From contig JAADDJ010000052.1 in assembly GCA_013153965.1 (NCBI GenBank), positions 5,944 to 69,943 of the forward strand: DNA of 64,000 nucleotides. The letters run 5' to 3'. The DNA is from Thermotogota bacterium. GTDB lineage: Bacteria; Hydrothermota; Hydrothermia; LBFQ01. How positions within the stretch are numbered: the first letter of the stretch is position 1; every line of letters begins with the position of its first letter. Below, piece after piece: positions 45,498-54,637 of this stretch. The translations under genes and the position numbers were made by a program. The notes beneath the pieces are model-generated. The model was not told the DNA's origin. It did not search any database and worked only from the letters and a program-made list of their open reading frames with translations.

Positions 45498-47270
45498 TTG
45501 ATGGCCCATCGGGATCTGCGCGAGGACATCCTTAGGCTGGTGGGGGGATATTGCTCCACGGCCGTAGGTGAGAGGACGGTTCTGGAGCTGAAGCCCGACT
45601 ATCAGCGGGCCAAGAGCGAGTTGGCCGACGTCGCCACCGTCCTCTCCGAGTACGAGAAGGGCATGTCCCTCACGTTCCCCCAGATACCGGACGTTGAGGA
45701 GGTCTTCTCCTTCCTTCAGAAGTACGGGACGCTCAACGGCGAGAAGCTCGTTCTGGTCGCCAAGTTCATAGACGGGATAGTGAAGCTGCGCGAGAGGATC
45801 GTATCCAACCGTCTGGCCCGCTACCTCAACGTACCCCACAATCTGGTGCGCCTCGCACGGGACATAAAGGCGAACCTGACACCCTCCGGAAACGTTAGGG
45901 TGGATAGGCACTCCACCCTCTCCCAGCTCATAGAGAGGCGGAACGAGATAAGGGAGAGGCTCCTGTCTCTCTACGGCGACATAATCCGGAGGCACCAGGA
46001 CAAGCTGCGTGAGCATCAACCCGTGATGAAGGGGGGGAGGCTCTCGCTGGCCGTAATATCCAACTACAAGATTGACGGCATAGTGCATGGATTTTCGGCC
46101 ACCACGGAGACCATATTCGTTGAGCCCTACGAGGTGGTCCCCATCCAGAACGCCCTCGTTCAGGTGGAGGATCAGATAAGGGATTACGAGAGTCGCATCC
46201 TCAAGACGTTGGCGAATCGGGTGATACGGAGCGTGGAGCATATACGCAGGCTCTATCGCAATCTCGGCCGGTTGGACAGCATATTCGCCCGGGCCCGCTT
46301 CTCCTTGGATTACGGGGGCGTCATACCCCAGTTCGGCTCCAAGGTGCGCCTCAAGGGTGCCCGAGAGCCCATACTCTACCGGGTCAAGGGCAAGGACACG
46401 GTCCCTCTGGATTTGGAGCTTCCCACGTACGCCCTCCTGATAACGGGCCCCAACGCGGGGGGCAAGACGGTGGCGCTGCGAACCGTCGCCTTCTCCGTCC
46501 TCATGGCCTCCATGGGGATCCCGGTTCCGGCGGAGGAGGTGGAGGTCCCCGAGGGGGCGAGGGTCTTCCTATTGGGATTTGAGGATGAGGGGAGCGTGAA
46601 ATCCGGACTCTCCAGCTTCACCAGCGAGCTCCAGAAACTTCGCGAGATACTCTCGCAGGTTCGGGAGGGCGATATAGTTCTGTTTGACGAGGTGTTCGCA
46701 TCCACGGATCCGGATGAGGCCTCCGTTCTGGCCTACAGCACGGCGAAGTATCTGGCCGAGAGGCGCATATACATCCTCATGAGCACCCACTTCTCAACCC
46801 TCAAGCTTCTGGCCAAGACGTCGGACATATTCACGGTCTCCACGGTTGAGGGGTACCGCCTCGTCATGGGGAAGGTCGGGGAGAGCGGGGGTCTCAAGGC
46901 GGCCAAGGCGTTCCTCCCTCCGGAGATCGTGTCCTACGCCGAGGAGCTTTTAAAGGAGGTCCCGTCCTACATCGTGCGTCTCCGGGAGGAGTACGAGCGG
47001 AAGCTCCAGAAGCTCGCCCGCGAGAGGCAGGAGGTGAGGGAGAGTCTGCGGAAGATACGGGCCGCCCTGTCGGAGAGGGGGAAGGTGCCGGTGGAGGAGA
47101 TATACCGGGAGGTTGAGAAAGTATCCCCCGTTAAGGAGATACGGGAGGGTCAGGAGTACTTCGTCAAGACCTTGGGACTGAAGGGCAAGGTGCTGAAGGT
47201 GAAGGACGGGAAGGTGATCGTGAGGGTGCGGAACTTTGAGGTGGAGGTGCGCAGGGAGGACCTGCTTTAA
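45498..47270 (+). CDS. MutS2-family protein (MutS domain V ATPase) lacking a recognisable Smr domain; KOW-like C-terminus
   Basis: Walker A GPNAGGKTVALR, MutS-V motifs. C-terminus LKGKVLKVKDGKVIVRV rather than Smr. Confidence 0.7.
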   Translation: MMAHRDLREDILRLVGGYCSTAVGERTVLELKPDYQRAKSELADVATVLSEYEKGMSLTFPQIPDVEEVFSFLQKYGTLNGEKLVLVAKFIDGIVKLRERIVSNRLARYLNVPHNLVRLARDIKANLTPSGNVRVDRHSTLSQLIERRNEIRERLLSLYGDIIRRHQDKLREHQPVMKGGRLSLAVISNYKIDGIVHGFSATTETIFVEPYEVVPIQNALVQVEDQIRDYESRILKTLANRVIRSVEHIRRLYRNLGRLDSIFARARFSLDYGGVIPQFGSKVRLKGAREPILYRVKGKDTVPLDLELPTYALLITGPNAGGKTVALRTVAFSVLMASMGIPVPAEEVEVPEGARVFLLGFEDEGSVKSGLSSFTSELQKLREILSQVREGDIVLFDEVFASTDPDEASVLAYSTAKYLAERRIYILMSTHFSTLKLLAKTSDIFTVSTVEGYRLVMGKVGESGGLKAAKAFLPPEIVSYAEELLKEVPSYIVRLREEYERKLQKLARERQEVRESLRKIRAALSERGKVPVEEIYREVEKVSPVKEIREGQEYFVKTLGLKGKVLKVKDGKVIVRVRNFEVEVRREDLL

Positions 47271-47271
47271 A

Positions 47272-47961
47272 TCACCAGTTCCAGACTATCCTGAAGATGC
47301 GGTTGAATCGTATCCGGCGGCGTTTGGGATCCCACGAGAAGTATATTATAAGGGGCCTTCCCCGCAGGTACTTCACGTCCAGAGGCCCCCAGAATCTGGA
47401 GTCCCACGAGAAGTCCCTATTGTCTCCGAGTACGAATATCTTCCCATCCGGAACCACGACGGGACCGAAGTTGTCCCTCACCCACTCGGCATCCATCAGC
47501 TCGCCACTCTCCCACAGCCTCTGGAACTCCTCGGGGGATATGTCGTCGTAGGGCCACTCTATGATGCGTCTGTCCTTGAAGACCACGTAAGGCTCCTTGA
47601 GGGGGCGGCCGTTGATATACACCTGCTTGTTTATTATTTCAACCGTATCCCCCGGCAGGCCTATCGTTCTCTTCACGTAGTCCTTCGGCTCGTAGGGGAA
47701 TCGGAAGACCACGATGTCCCTCCTCTTTGGGAGGACCCTCTCCGGTATCTTTATGGGCGTGAGGGGTATCACGATACCGTATATGGGCTTGAACACGAAG
47801 AGGAAATCTCCGGGTAGGAGGGTGTCCTCCATTGAGCCGGTGGGTATGACGTAGGCCTGAATGAGAAAGGCCCTTATAAGTAGCACTATCAGGATGGTGT
47901 ATAACCATCCCCGCAGCGATTCCTTCCAACTCTTACCATCATCCCTATTACCCCTGTCCAA
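47272..47961 (-). CDS. lepB: Signal peptidase I
   Basis: GSMEDTL (Ser box), GDNRDFSWDSRFWG (box E). TTG start with TATAAT then 8 nt. Confidence 0.85.
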   Translation of the reverse strand: MDRGNRDDGKSWKESLRGWLYTILIVLLIRAFLIQAYVIPTGSMEDTLLPGDFLFVFKPIYGIVIPLTPIKIPERVLPKRRDIVVFRFPYEPKDYVKRTIGLPGDTVEIINKQVYINGRPLKEPYVVFKDRRIIEWPYDDISPEEFQRLWESGELMDAEWVRDNFGPVVVPDGKIFVLGDNRDFSWDSRFWGPLDVKYLRGRPLIIYFSWDPKRRRIRFNRIFRIVWNW

Positions 47962-48009
47962 GAGTGGGTATTATATTGGGGGGAGCCCCCGCCTTAGAAT
48001 TAGTCGGTC

Positions 48010-49383
48010 GTGCAGGAGATAAAGGTCCCCCACAGTCCGGATGCCGAGATGGCCATCCTATCCGCCTGCCTCTACAAGCCGGAGCTACTCGCCAAAGCCA
48101 TAGTTGAGCTTCGTGAGGAGGACTTCTACGACCCCAAGCATCGCCTCCTCTTCGCCGCCATGAAGTCCCTGTACAACGAGAACACCGTCGTGGATGGAGC
48201 CCTCCTCATAGAGTTCCTGCGCAAGAGGAACCTGCTGGAGAAGGTTGGCGGCATCCCCTACCTGACCGAGATATTTGACAGCATCAGGGGCTCCGCATCC
48301 TTGGCCCTCTTTGAGCAGTACCTGAAGATCGTAAAGGATAAGTCCATAAAGAGGGGGATAATAAACACATTCTCCGAGACCATCCGCCTCGCGTACGAGG
48401 ATGAGCTGGATGCCGACGCCATCTTGGACAGGGCGGAGAAGGAGATATTTGACATAAGGATGCGCACCATGCGCTCCACCCAGTGGGTTCCGGTGGGGGA
48501 CGTGGCCATGAACCTCCTTAACAAGATTGAGGCTCGCCTCTCGGGGGACCTGCCTCCCGAGGCGATTCTCACGGGGTTCAGGCATTTGGACAAGATAACG
48601 GGAGGATTCCGGCCCGGCGAATGGATAATAGTGGCGGCGCGTCCCTCCGTCGGTAAGACGGCCTTCGTCCTGAACATCCACCGCAACATGGCCTTGGACG
48701 GGATTCCCACGGCGATGTTCTCCTTGGAGATGACGGCGGAGGCTCTGGCCATGCGACTCCTGTCCCTTGAGAGTGGAATACCCATGAACATAATTCGCGA
48801 GGGGCGACTGACCATCAGGGAATTGCCCAAGCTGGCCGATGCCGTTGAGAGGCTGATGGACATGCCCTTCTACATAGACGTTAGCCACGGCATAGACATA
48901 TTTGAGATACGGAGCAAGGCGAGGATGGTGGTGCAGGAGTACGGCGTGAAGATGATATCCATAGACTACCTGCAGCTCATGGACCTGCGAGGAGGGAGGG
49001 GAAAGAACATGACGAGAGCCGAGGAGCTGGCTAAGATTTCAAGGAGTCTGAAGATACTGGCCGGGGAGTTGGGCGTATCCATAGTGGGCATATCGCAGGT
49101 TAGCCGCGAGGTGGAGAAGCGGGCTGACAAGAAACCCACGATGGCGGACTTGAGGGAGTCGGGCGCCCTTGAGCAGGATGCGGATATCATCCTCCTCCTC
49201 TACAGACCCGGCCAGTACGATAAGGAAGCGGACGATTCTCTGGTGGAGGTGGAGGTGGCCAAGAACCGTCAGGGAAGTCAGGGAACGGTGAAGTTGCACT
49301 TCTACAGGGAGTTCATGAGATTCGCCGACTGGCACGACGAGGACGAGAGCATTGAGCACGTGGAGGGGGATCTACCCTTTTAG
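48010..49383 (+). CDS. dnaB: Replicative DNA helicase
   Basis: Walker A ARPSVGKTAF, DnaB family motifs. GTG start 9 nt after TAGAAT. Confidence 0.9.
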   Translation: MQEIKVPHSPDAEMAILSACLYKPELLAKAIVELREEDFYDPKHRLLFAAMKSLYNENTVVDGALLIEFLRKRNLLEKVGGIPYLTEIFDSIRGSASLALFEQYLKIVKDKSIKRGIINTFSETIRLAYEDELDADAILDRAEKEIFDIRMRTMRSTQWVPVGDVAMNLLNKIEARLSGDLPPEAILTGFRHLDKITGGFRPGEWIIVAARPSVGKTAFVLNIHRNMALDGIPTAMFSLEMTAEALAMRLLSLESGIPMNIIREGRLTIRELPKLADAVERLMDMPFYIDVSHGIDIFEIRSKARMVVQEYGVKMISIDYLQLMDLRGGRGKNMTRAEELAKISRSLKILAGELGVSIVGISQVSREVEKRADKKPTMADLRESGALEQDADIILLLYRPGQYDKEADDSLVEVEVAKNRQGSQGTVKLHFYREFMRFADWHDEDESIEHVEGDLPF

Positions 49384-49404
49384 AGCCAGCATCCCACACC
49401 GTTC

Positions 49405-49423
49405 CCCAGTATAATAGCCGCTT
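49405..49423 (+). promoter_or_regulatory. rpsN-cluster promoter CCCCAGTATAATAGCCGCTT-ATG
   Basis: TATAAT 49410-15, 8 nt, ATG 49424. Confidence 0.55.
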
Positions 49424-49609
49424 ATGGCAACGAAGGCACAGATGGAGAAGATGAAGAGGAAGCCCAAGTACCGAGTGCGGTACAGGAACAGGTGCAAGAT
49501 ATGCGGGAGGGACCACGGATACATAAGGCAGTTCGGCATATGCCGCATCTGCTTCCGCGAGATGGCCCTGTTCGGGAAGTTGCCCGGCGTCGTTAAGGCT
49601 TCCTGGTGA
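49424..49609 (+). CDS. rpsN: 30S ribosomal protein S14 type Z (zinc-binding)
   Basis: 61 aa, CKICGR...CRIC. Confidence 0.9.
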   Translation: MATKAQMEKMKRKPKYRVRYRNRCKICGRDHGYIRQFGICRICFREMALFGKLPGVVKASW

Positions 49610-49627
49610 AAATAAGGAGGTACAAGT

Positions 49628-50023
49628 ATGATGACGGATCCTATCGCCGACATGCTAACCCGCCTACGCAACGCCATAATCGCGGGCCACAAGGAGACCG
49701 TCGTGGAGCCGGCCTCCAAGTTCAAGATGGCCATACTGGACGTCCTCAAGAGGGAGGGGTACATAGACGGCTACGAGGTTGAGGGCGAGGGCATCAAGAG
49801 GAGGCTTCGGGTCTTCATCCGCTACCACAAGGGGCAACCCGTGATGAGGCACATAGAGAAGGTCTCCAAGCCCGGAAGGCGGGTTTATGTCGGAGTTGAG
49901 GAGATTCCCAAGGTGTATAACGGCCTTGGAATAGCGATACTATCCACGTCCAAGGGGGTCCTCTCCGATCGCGAGGCGAAGCGACTGAGGGTAGGCGGAG
50001 AGCTGATAGCCAAGGTGTATTAA
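49628..50023 (+). CDS. rpsH: 30S ribosomal protein S8
   Basis: MTDPIADMLTRLRNA; SD AAGGAGGT upstream. Confidence 0.9.
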   Translation: MMTDPIADMLTRLRNAIIAGHKETVVEPASKFKMAILDVLKREGYIDGYEVEGEGIKRRLRVFIRYHKGQPVMRHIEKVSKPGRRVYVGVEEIPKVYNGLGIAILSTSKGVLSDREAKRLRVGGELIAKVY

Positions 50024-50035
50024 GGGAGGTCCGAG

Positions 50036-50644
50036 ATGTCAAGACTGATAAAGAAACCCATAAAACTTCCCGCGAAGGTGAGCGTATCCGTCAAGGAGGG
50101 TGAGGGGAAGTTCAGCGGAGATACGGTTAAGGGCAAGATCTTCCACTTCAAGGGACCCAAGGGGGAGATTGAGGTCTTCGTCCCTCCCCTCGTGGAGGTT
50201 GAGAGCAAGGACGGCGAGATATGGGTCAAACCCATAGACCCCGCCAAGCTCCCCAAGCCCATGCGCAAGATGGCGAGGGCCCTCCCCGGCACCATATACC
50301 GCCATCTTGAGAACGCCGTGAAGGGCGTTCTTGAGGGATACACCAAGGTCCTCAAGGTGGTGGGTCAGGGCTACAGGGTGAAGAAGGAGGGGGATAAGTT
50401 CGTCTTCACCGTCGGATACTCCCATCCGGTGTATTACGAGGTACCGCAGGAGTACCGCAAGTACGTGAAGGCGGAGGTTCAGGGCGTTGATACGGTCATA
50501 GTCAGCGGCACCAGCAAGGAGCTGGTGGGACTCGTCGCCGCCCAGATCCGCTCCATAAAGGAACCCAACATCTACACGGGCAAAGGTATCCGCTACGCCG
50601 ATGAGGTCATCACCCTCAAGCCCACGAAGAAGGCCAAGGTGTAA
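50036..50644 (+). CDS. rplF: 50S ribosomal protein L6
   Basis: MSRLIKKPIKLP..., SD GGGAGG. Confidence 0.9.
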   Translation: MSRLIKKPIKLPAKVSVSVKEGEGKFSGDTVKGKIFHFKGPKGEIEVFVPPLVEVESKDGEIWVKPIDPAKLPKPMRKMARALPGTIYRHLENAVKGVLEGYTKVLKVVGQGYRVKKEGDKFVFTVGYSHPVYYEVPQEYRKYVKAEVQGVDTVIVSGTSKELVGLVAAQIRSIKEPNIYTGKGIRYADEVITLKPTKKAKV

Positions 50645-50655
50645 GGAGGTAAGGA

Positions 50656-51051
50656 ATGAGGTACGTTTCTGAAAGACGAAAGACCGAGTACAGGAGCAGG
50701 AGGCGCAAGAGGAGGCACCTTCGGGTACGCAAGAGGATTGAGGGCACGCCCGAGAGGCCCCGTATGGTCGTTCGCAGGTCCAACAAGCACATATACGTGC
50801 AGATAGTCCTTGATCCCCCCTTCAGCTCGTCCATCGTAATAACCGGCGCCTCAACTCTGTCGCCGGAGCTGCGCGAGAGGATAAAGGGCATGAGCAAGAC
50901 GGAGCAGGCCAAGGAGGTGGGCAAGCTCATAGCCGAGAGGGCCAAGGCGAAGGGCATAACGAAGGTCGTATTTGACCGGGCCGGCTACCGGTACCACGGA
51001 CGCGTCAAGGCTCTGGCCGAGGGCGCCCGTGAGGGAGGCTTAGAGTTTTAA
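50656..51051 (+). CDS. rplR: 50S ribosomal protein L18
   Basis: Basic N-terminus, typical L18 C-terminus; SD GGAGG. Confidence 0.9.
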   Translation: MRYVSERRKTEYRSRRRKRRHLRVRKRIEGTPERPRMVVRRSNKHIYVQIVLDPPFSSSIVITGASTLSPELRERIKGMSKTEQAKEVGKLIAERAKAKGITKVVFDRAGYRYHGRVKALAEGAREGGLEF

Positions 51052-51063
51052 AGGAGGTGAAAG

Positions 51064-51579
51064 ATGGAAGATCAACTCATTGAGACTACGGTGATAATCC
51101 GTAGGACGTCCAAGATGACGTCCGGAGGACGCAAGTTCCACATAGACGCGTGGGTGGTCGTCGGCAACGGCAACGGTAAGGTGGGGGTCGGCCACGGGAA
51201 GGCGCAGGAGACCCCCGACGCCATCCAGAAGGCCATCCGCAAGGCCAAGAAGAACATGATCCGGGCCATAGTCTGGCGCGGGACAGTCCCCCACGATATA
51301 CAGGTGAAGTTCAAGGCCACCAAACTCCTGATAAAGCCCGCATCCCCGGGTACGGGTATCATCGCCTCCCGCCCCGTGCGCGCCATACTGGAGGCGGCCG
51401 GATACCGCAACGTTCTAACGAAGCTCATAGGCTCCACCAACCCCATAAACGCCCTCTACGCCACGATAAAGGCCCTCTCCATGATGCGCAGCCCCGACGA
51501 GGTCCTCTCCGCGAGGGGCAAGAAGAAGAGGAAGGAGGTGAAGAAGGATGAGGAAGCTCAAAATAACCCTGAAGCGTAG
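51064..51579 (+). CDS. rpsE: 30S ribosomal protein S5
   Basis: VVVGNGNGKVGVGHGKA motif; SD AGGAGG. Confidence 0.9.
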   Translation: MEDQLIETTVIIRRTSKMTSGGRKFHIDAWVVVGNGNGKVGVGHGKAQETPDAIQKAIRKAKKNMIRAIVWRGTVPHDIQVKFKATKLLIKPASPGTGIIASRPVRAILEAAGYRNVLTKLIGSTNPINALYATIKALSMMRSPDEVLSARGKKKRKEVKKDEEAQNNPEA

Positions 51580-51733
51580 CCTGATAGACAAGAGCAAGAA
51601 GACCAAGCGGATACTCCGCTCCTTGGGATTGCGCAGGATAGGTCAGGAGGTGATCCATCGGGACAATCCCGCCATCCGCGGACAGATTGAGAAGGTCAGG
51701 CGGTACATAGAGGTTGAGGAGATAGAGGGTTGA
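51548..51733 (+). CDS. rpmD: 50S ribosomal protein L30
   Basis: MRKLKITLKRSLIDKSKKTKR..LRSLGLRRIGQ; overlaps rpsE 3' end. Confidence 0.8.
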   Translation: MRKLKITLKRSLIDKSKKTKRILRSLGLRRIGQEVIHRDNPAIRGQIEKVRRYIEVEEIEG

Positions 51734-52773
51734 GGGGCTTTATAAAGAAGATACGGAAGTTCTTCAAGCCGGCGATAGCGATAGACCTTGGCACCTCCAC
51801 CACCCTCATATACCTCAAGGGCGAGGGCATAGTCTTAGAGGAAGCCTCCGTTATAGCGATAGACGCCGAGACGAAGGAGATAGTGGCCGTGGGGAACGAG
51901 GCCAAGAAGATGCTCGGGAAGACCCACTCCGGCCTCATAGCCAAGCGACCCATCAAGGACGGCGTCATACACAACTTGGAGTACGTCCAGATGATGCTCG
52001 GGGAGTTTCGCCGCCGAGTCATACGGAACTTCATAGCCAACCCAACGATGCTCATGGCCGTCCCTTCGGGAGCCAACGACGTTGAGCGTAAGGCGACGAT
52101 AGACGCCGCAAAGAGCGTGGGGGCGAGCCACGTCTTCCTGATAGAGGAGCCCGTAGCCTCCGCCGTGGGGATAGGTTTGGACGTATTTGAGCCCCGGGGT
52201 CATATGATAGTAGATATAGGCGGAGGAACGTCCGAGATAGCGATAATATCGCTGGCCGGGGTCGTGGCCAAGCAACCCATACGGGTGGCCGGCGACGAGA
52301 TGAACGAGGCCATAGCAGACCACATACGCCGCACGTACAACATAGCCATTGACGAGAACATCGCCGAGCAGATAAAGATACGCATCGGGGACGTGTATGG
52401 CGACCGCGACGACGAGATGGTCATAAAGGGATGGGAGGTCTTCTCGCGCAAGCCCACGGAGATAACCATCCGCTCATCCGACGTCAAGGAGGCTCTCAAG
52501 GGTGTTATAGACTCCCTGGCGCAGGCCATCCGCAAGGTGCTTGACATGGCCGAGCCCTCCGTCGTCAAGGACGTTTTAGAAGAGGGCATATACCTGACGG
52601 GCGGAGGCTCCACCATCCACGGTCTGGATAAGCGGTTGGAGGAGGAGACGGGCGTAAAGTTCATACGGGCCAAGAACCCCCACCAGAGTGTCGTGATGGG
52701 GGCGGGTAGCGTTCTGGAGAATCTGGACAGGAAGCCGGTTTATAAGAAACTGCTCATCGCCGCAAGCAGATAA
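51730..52773 (+). CDS. mreB: Rod shape-determining protein MreB
   Basis: AIDLGTSTTLIY, actin-fold motifs; ATGA overlap with rpmD. Confidence 0.9.
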   Translation: MRGFIKKIRKFFKPAIAIDLGTSTTLIYLKGEGIVLEEASVIAIDAETKEIVAVGNEAKKMLGKTHSGLIAKRPIKDGVIHNLEYVQMMLGEFRRRVIRNFIANPTMLMAVPSGANDVERKATIDAAKSVGASHVFLIEEPVASAVGIGLDVFEPRGHMIVDIGGGTSEIAIISLAGVVAKQPIRVAGDEMNEAIADHIRRTYNIAIDENIAEQIKIRIGDVYGDRDDEMVIKGWEVFSRKPTEITIRSSDVKEALKGVIDSLAQAIRKVLDMAEPSVVKDVLEEGIYLTGGGSTIHGLDKRLEEETGVKFIRAKNPHQSVVMGAGSVLENLDRKPVYKKLLIAASR

Positions 52774-53471
52774 TGTTCTCGCGGAAGTGGTTGAGGATAG
52801 ATCTGGACAGGTGGGAGGTGGGATTTCTGTTGCTCTCCCTGACCCTGCTGCTGCCGTGGGGAAGGGAAATTCTATTCTGGTTGGGCCTTCCCAACCTCTT
52901 CTCCCCATTCTTCGCCATCAGAGACGCCATAAACACTTTCACGTCCCTGAGGATCCAGAGGGACGAGCTCCTGAATCTAAAGAGCAGGGTCGTGGTGGTA
53001 GATGCGTTTGACTCCACGGCTACCCATCTTGAGAAGTTCAAGGGTTTCTGCTACCTGTTGGACATCTATCCCCCGTACTATCCCGAGAGGATGAGCGTCA
53101 GATGCGACAGCACCCCGGAGATTAAGGACTTACTTTGGGCGGTGGGACTCGTCGGACGGGTGGTCCAAACGGAGGGGAACGTGGCGGAGGTGATAACCAT
53201 ACACTCTAAGGACTTCTACATGAAGGTCAAGGACGAGCGCTCCAACTTCTGGGGGATCCTGCAGGGTGGGAAGGTCCCGAAGGTGAGATTCGTCCCGAGG
53301 GCCGCCGACGTCAGGGAGGGGGACACTCTCGTGGCCTACGACCATCCGGGTATCTTCGTCGGTACGGTAATGGCCATCGTACCCGAGGAGCCCTTCCTTC
53401 GCCTTGAAGTGCAACCCCTCTGGAGGTATTACATATGGACAAAGTTCGTCCTGTTGAAGCCACGCTCATAG
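52773..53471 (+). CDS. mreC: Rod shape-determining protein MreC (probable)
   Basis: N-terminal TM, coiled-coil-like segment, beta-rich C-terminus, position after mreB. Confidence 0.5.
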   Translation: MFSRKWLRIDLDRWEVGFLLLSLTLLLPWGREILFWLGLPNLFSPFFAIRDAINTFTSLRIQRDELLNLKSRVVVVDAFDSTATHLEKFKGFCYLLDIYPPYYPERMSVRCDSTPEIKDLLWAVGLVGRVVQTEGNVAEVITIHSKDFYMKVKDERSNFWGILQGGKVPKVRFVPRAADVREGDTLVAYDHPGIFVGTVMAIVPEEPFLRLEVQPLWRYYIWTKFVLLKPRS

Positions 53472-54637
53472 TGGGGACGTTGGCCGTGGCCGCATCTCCC
53501 ATCTTGACGTTGGTGTTCGGAGGAAGTTTCCCCTTCCATCTATCCCTCCTTGACGCCGCCTTCCTACTCGTGGCCCTCGCCGGACTTCTGACTAGGCCGC
53601 GCGAGAGCCTCGCCCTCATATCCAAGAATGTCGCCTACTTCTCCCTCTCGGGATCCTTCTTGGGGGCCATCCTCCTGTCGGCCGTCGTGTCCGATTTTCA
53701 CGCCACGGTCCTTAAGGAGGCCCTCCAGATGCTCCTCTACCTTTGGCTCATCCCATTCATCCTCGTATTTGAGCCGGATATTCCGAAGATATACTCCCGG
53801 GCGGGCAAGGTTCTGGTGGCCTTGGGAATCGTCATTCTGCCGCTCTATTTCATCCTCTACGGTTGGGTCAGATTTGATCCCTTCGGAATACATGCCAACC
53901 CCACCGGATACCTGTACGGGCTCTTCGCGATAGTTCTATCCATGGAAGGGCAAACCGTCTGGTCGGTCCTCGCCATCGTCATCGCCGCCTTCACATTCTC
54001 CCGCTCTGCCCTCGGTGCGCTCTTCGCAACGTTCTCGCAGGCGGCCGTGAGATTGGCGAACTTCCGTAGATTCTTAGGCCTCGCTGTCCTGTCCGCCGCC
54101 CTGCTGTTCGTAGGTCCCCCCGCCCTAAAGGGCTTCCTCGCCGTGAGGGACAAGGTGATGGAGATGGTGATGGTGGAGGAATCGGAGGAGGGAAGATACA
54201 AGCCCCCCATAGACATCGTTAGGGGTAAGGGATACGAGGCGGTGCGTTTCCTCATGTGGGAGGCGGCCGTGCATCTCTGGAGGGAGGACCCTCTCCTCGG
54301 CACGGGACTGGGTACCTATCGCCAGTCCCTCAAATCCTCATGCTCCGAGGGGAATCTTCCTCCGAGGCTATGCACCCGCTGGGTTGAGAACGTTGACCCC
54401 CACAACGTCTTCCTCCACGTCCTGAGCGAGACCGGTCTGGTGGGCCTCATAACCTTCTTGGCCTTCATGGGCTTTCTGGTCGTTCGGGTTTGGGGAAATC
54501 CCTTGGCCTTCTCCGTCCTCCTCTTCGCCCTACTCTTCGGGTTGCTCCAACCCTTTCCCCTATTCACCCGAAACCTCGCCCCCCTAACGTGGCTTCTCAT
54601 AATGTGGGGAGGCGGCATCGTATGGAAGAGAGAGTAG
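53435..54637 (+). CDS. O-antigen ligase (Wzy_C)-family polytopic membrane protein
   Basis: DPHNVFLHVLSETGLVGL matches the O-antigen ligase signature; ~10 TM. Confidence 0.5.
   Translation: MDKVRPVEATLIVGTLAVAASPILTLVFGGSFPFHLSLLDAAFLLVALAGLLTRPRESLALISKNVAYFSLSGSFLGAILLSAVVSDFHATVLKEALQMLLYLWLIPFILVFEPDIPKIYSRAGKVLVALGIVILPLYFILYGWVRFDPFGIHANPTGYLYGLFAIVLSMEGQTVWSVLAIVIAAFTFSRSALGALFATFSQAAVRLANFRRFLGLAVLSAALLFVGPPALKGFLAVRDKVMEMVMVEESEEGRYKPPIDIVRGKGYEAVRFLMWEAAVHLWREDPLLGTGLGTYRQSLKSSCSEGNLPPRLCTRWVENVDPHNVFLHVLSETGLVGLITFLAFMGFLVVRVWGNPLAFSVLLFALLFGLLQPFPLFTRNLAPLTWLLIMWGGGIVWKRE

Noticed and set aside
54490-54621. N-terminal 44-codon extension of the GT39-like ORF, with similar upstream extensions on the PduO-type gene (55913..56005) and etfB (12784..12954)
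   Set aside because: Extensions overlap the preceding gene or promoter, are Arg/Pro-rich, and family-typical N-termini begin at the internal start codons (54622, 56006, 12955).
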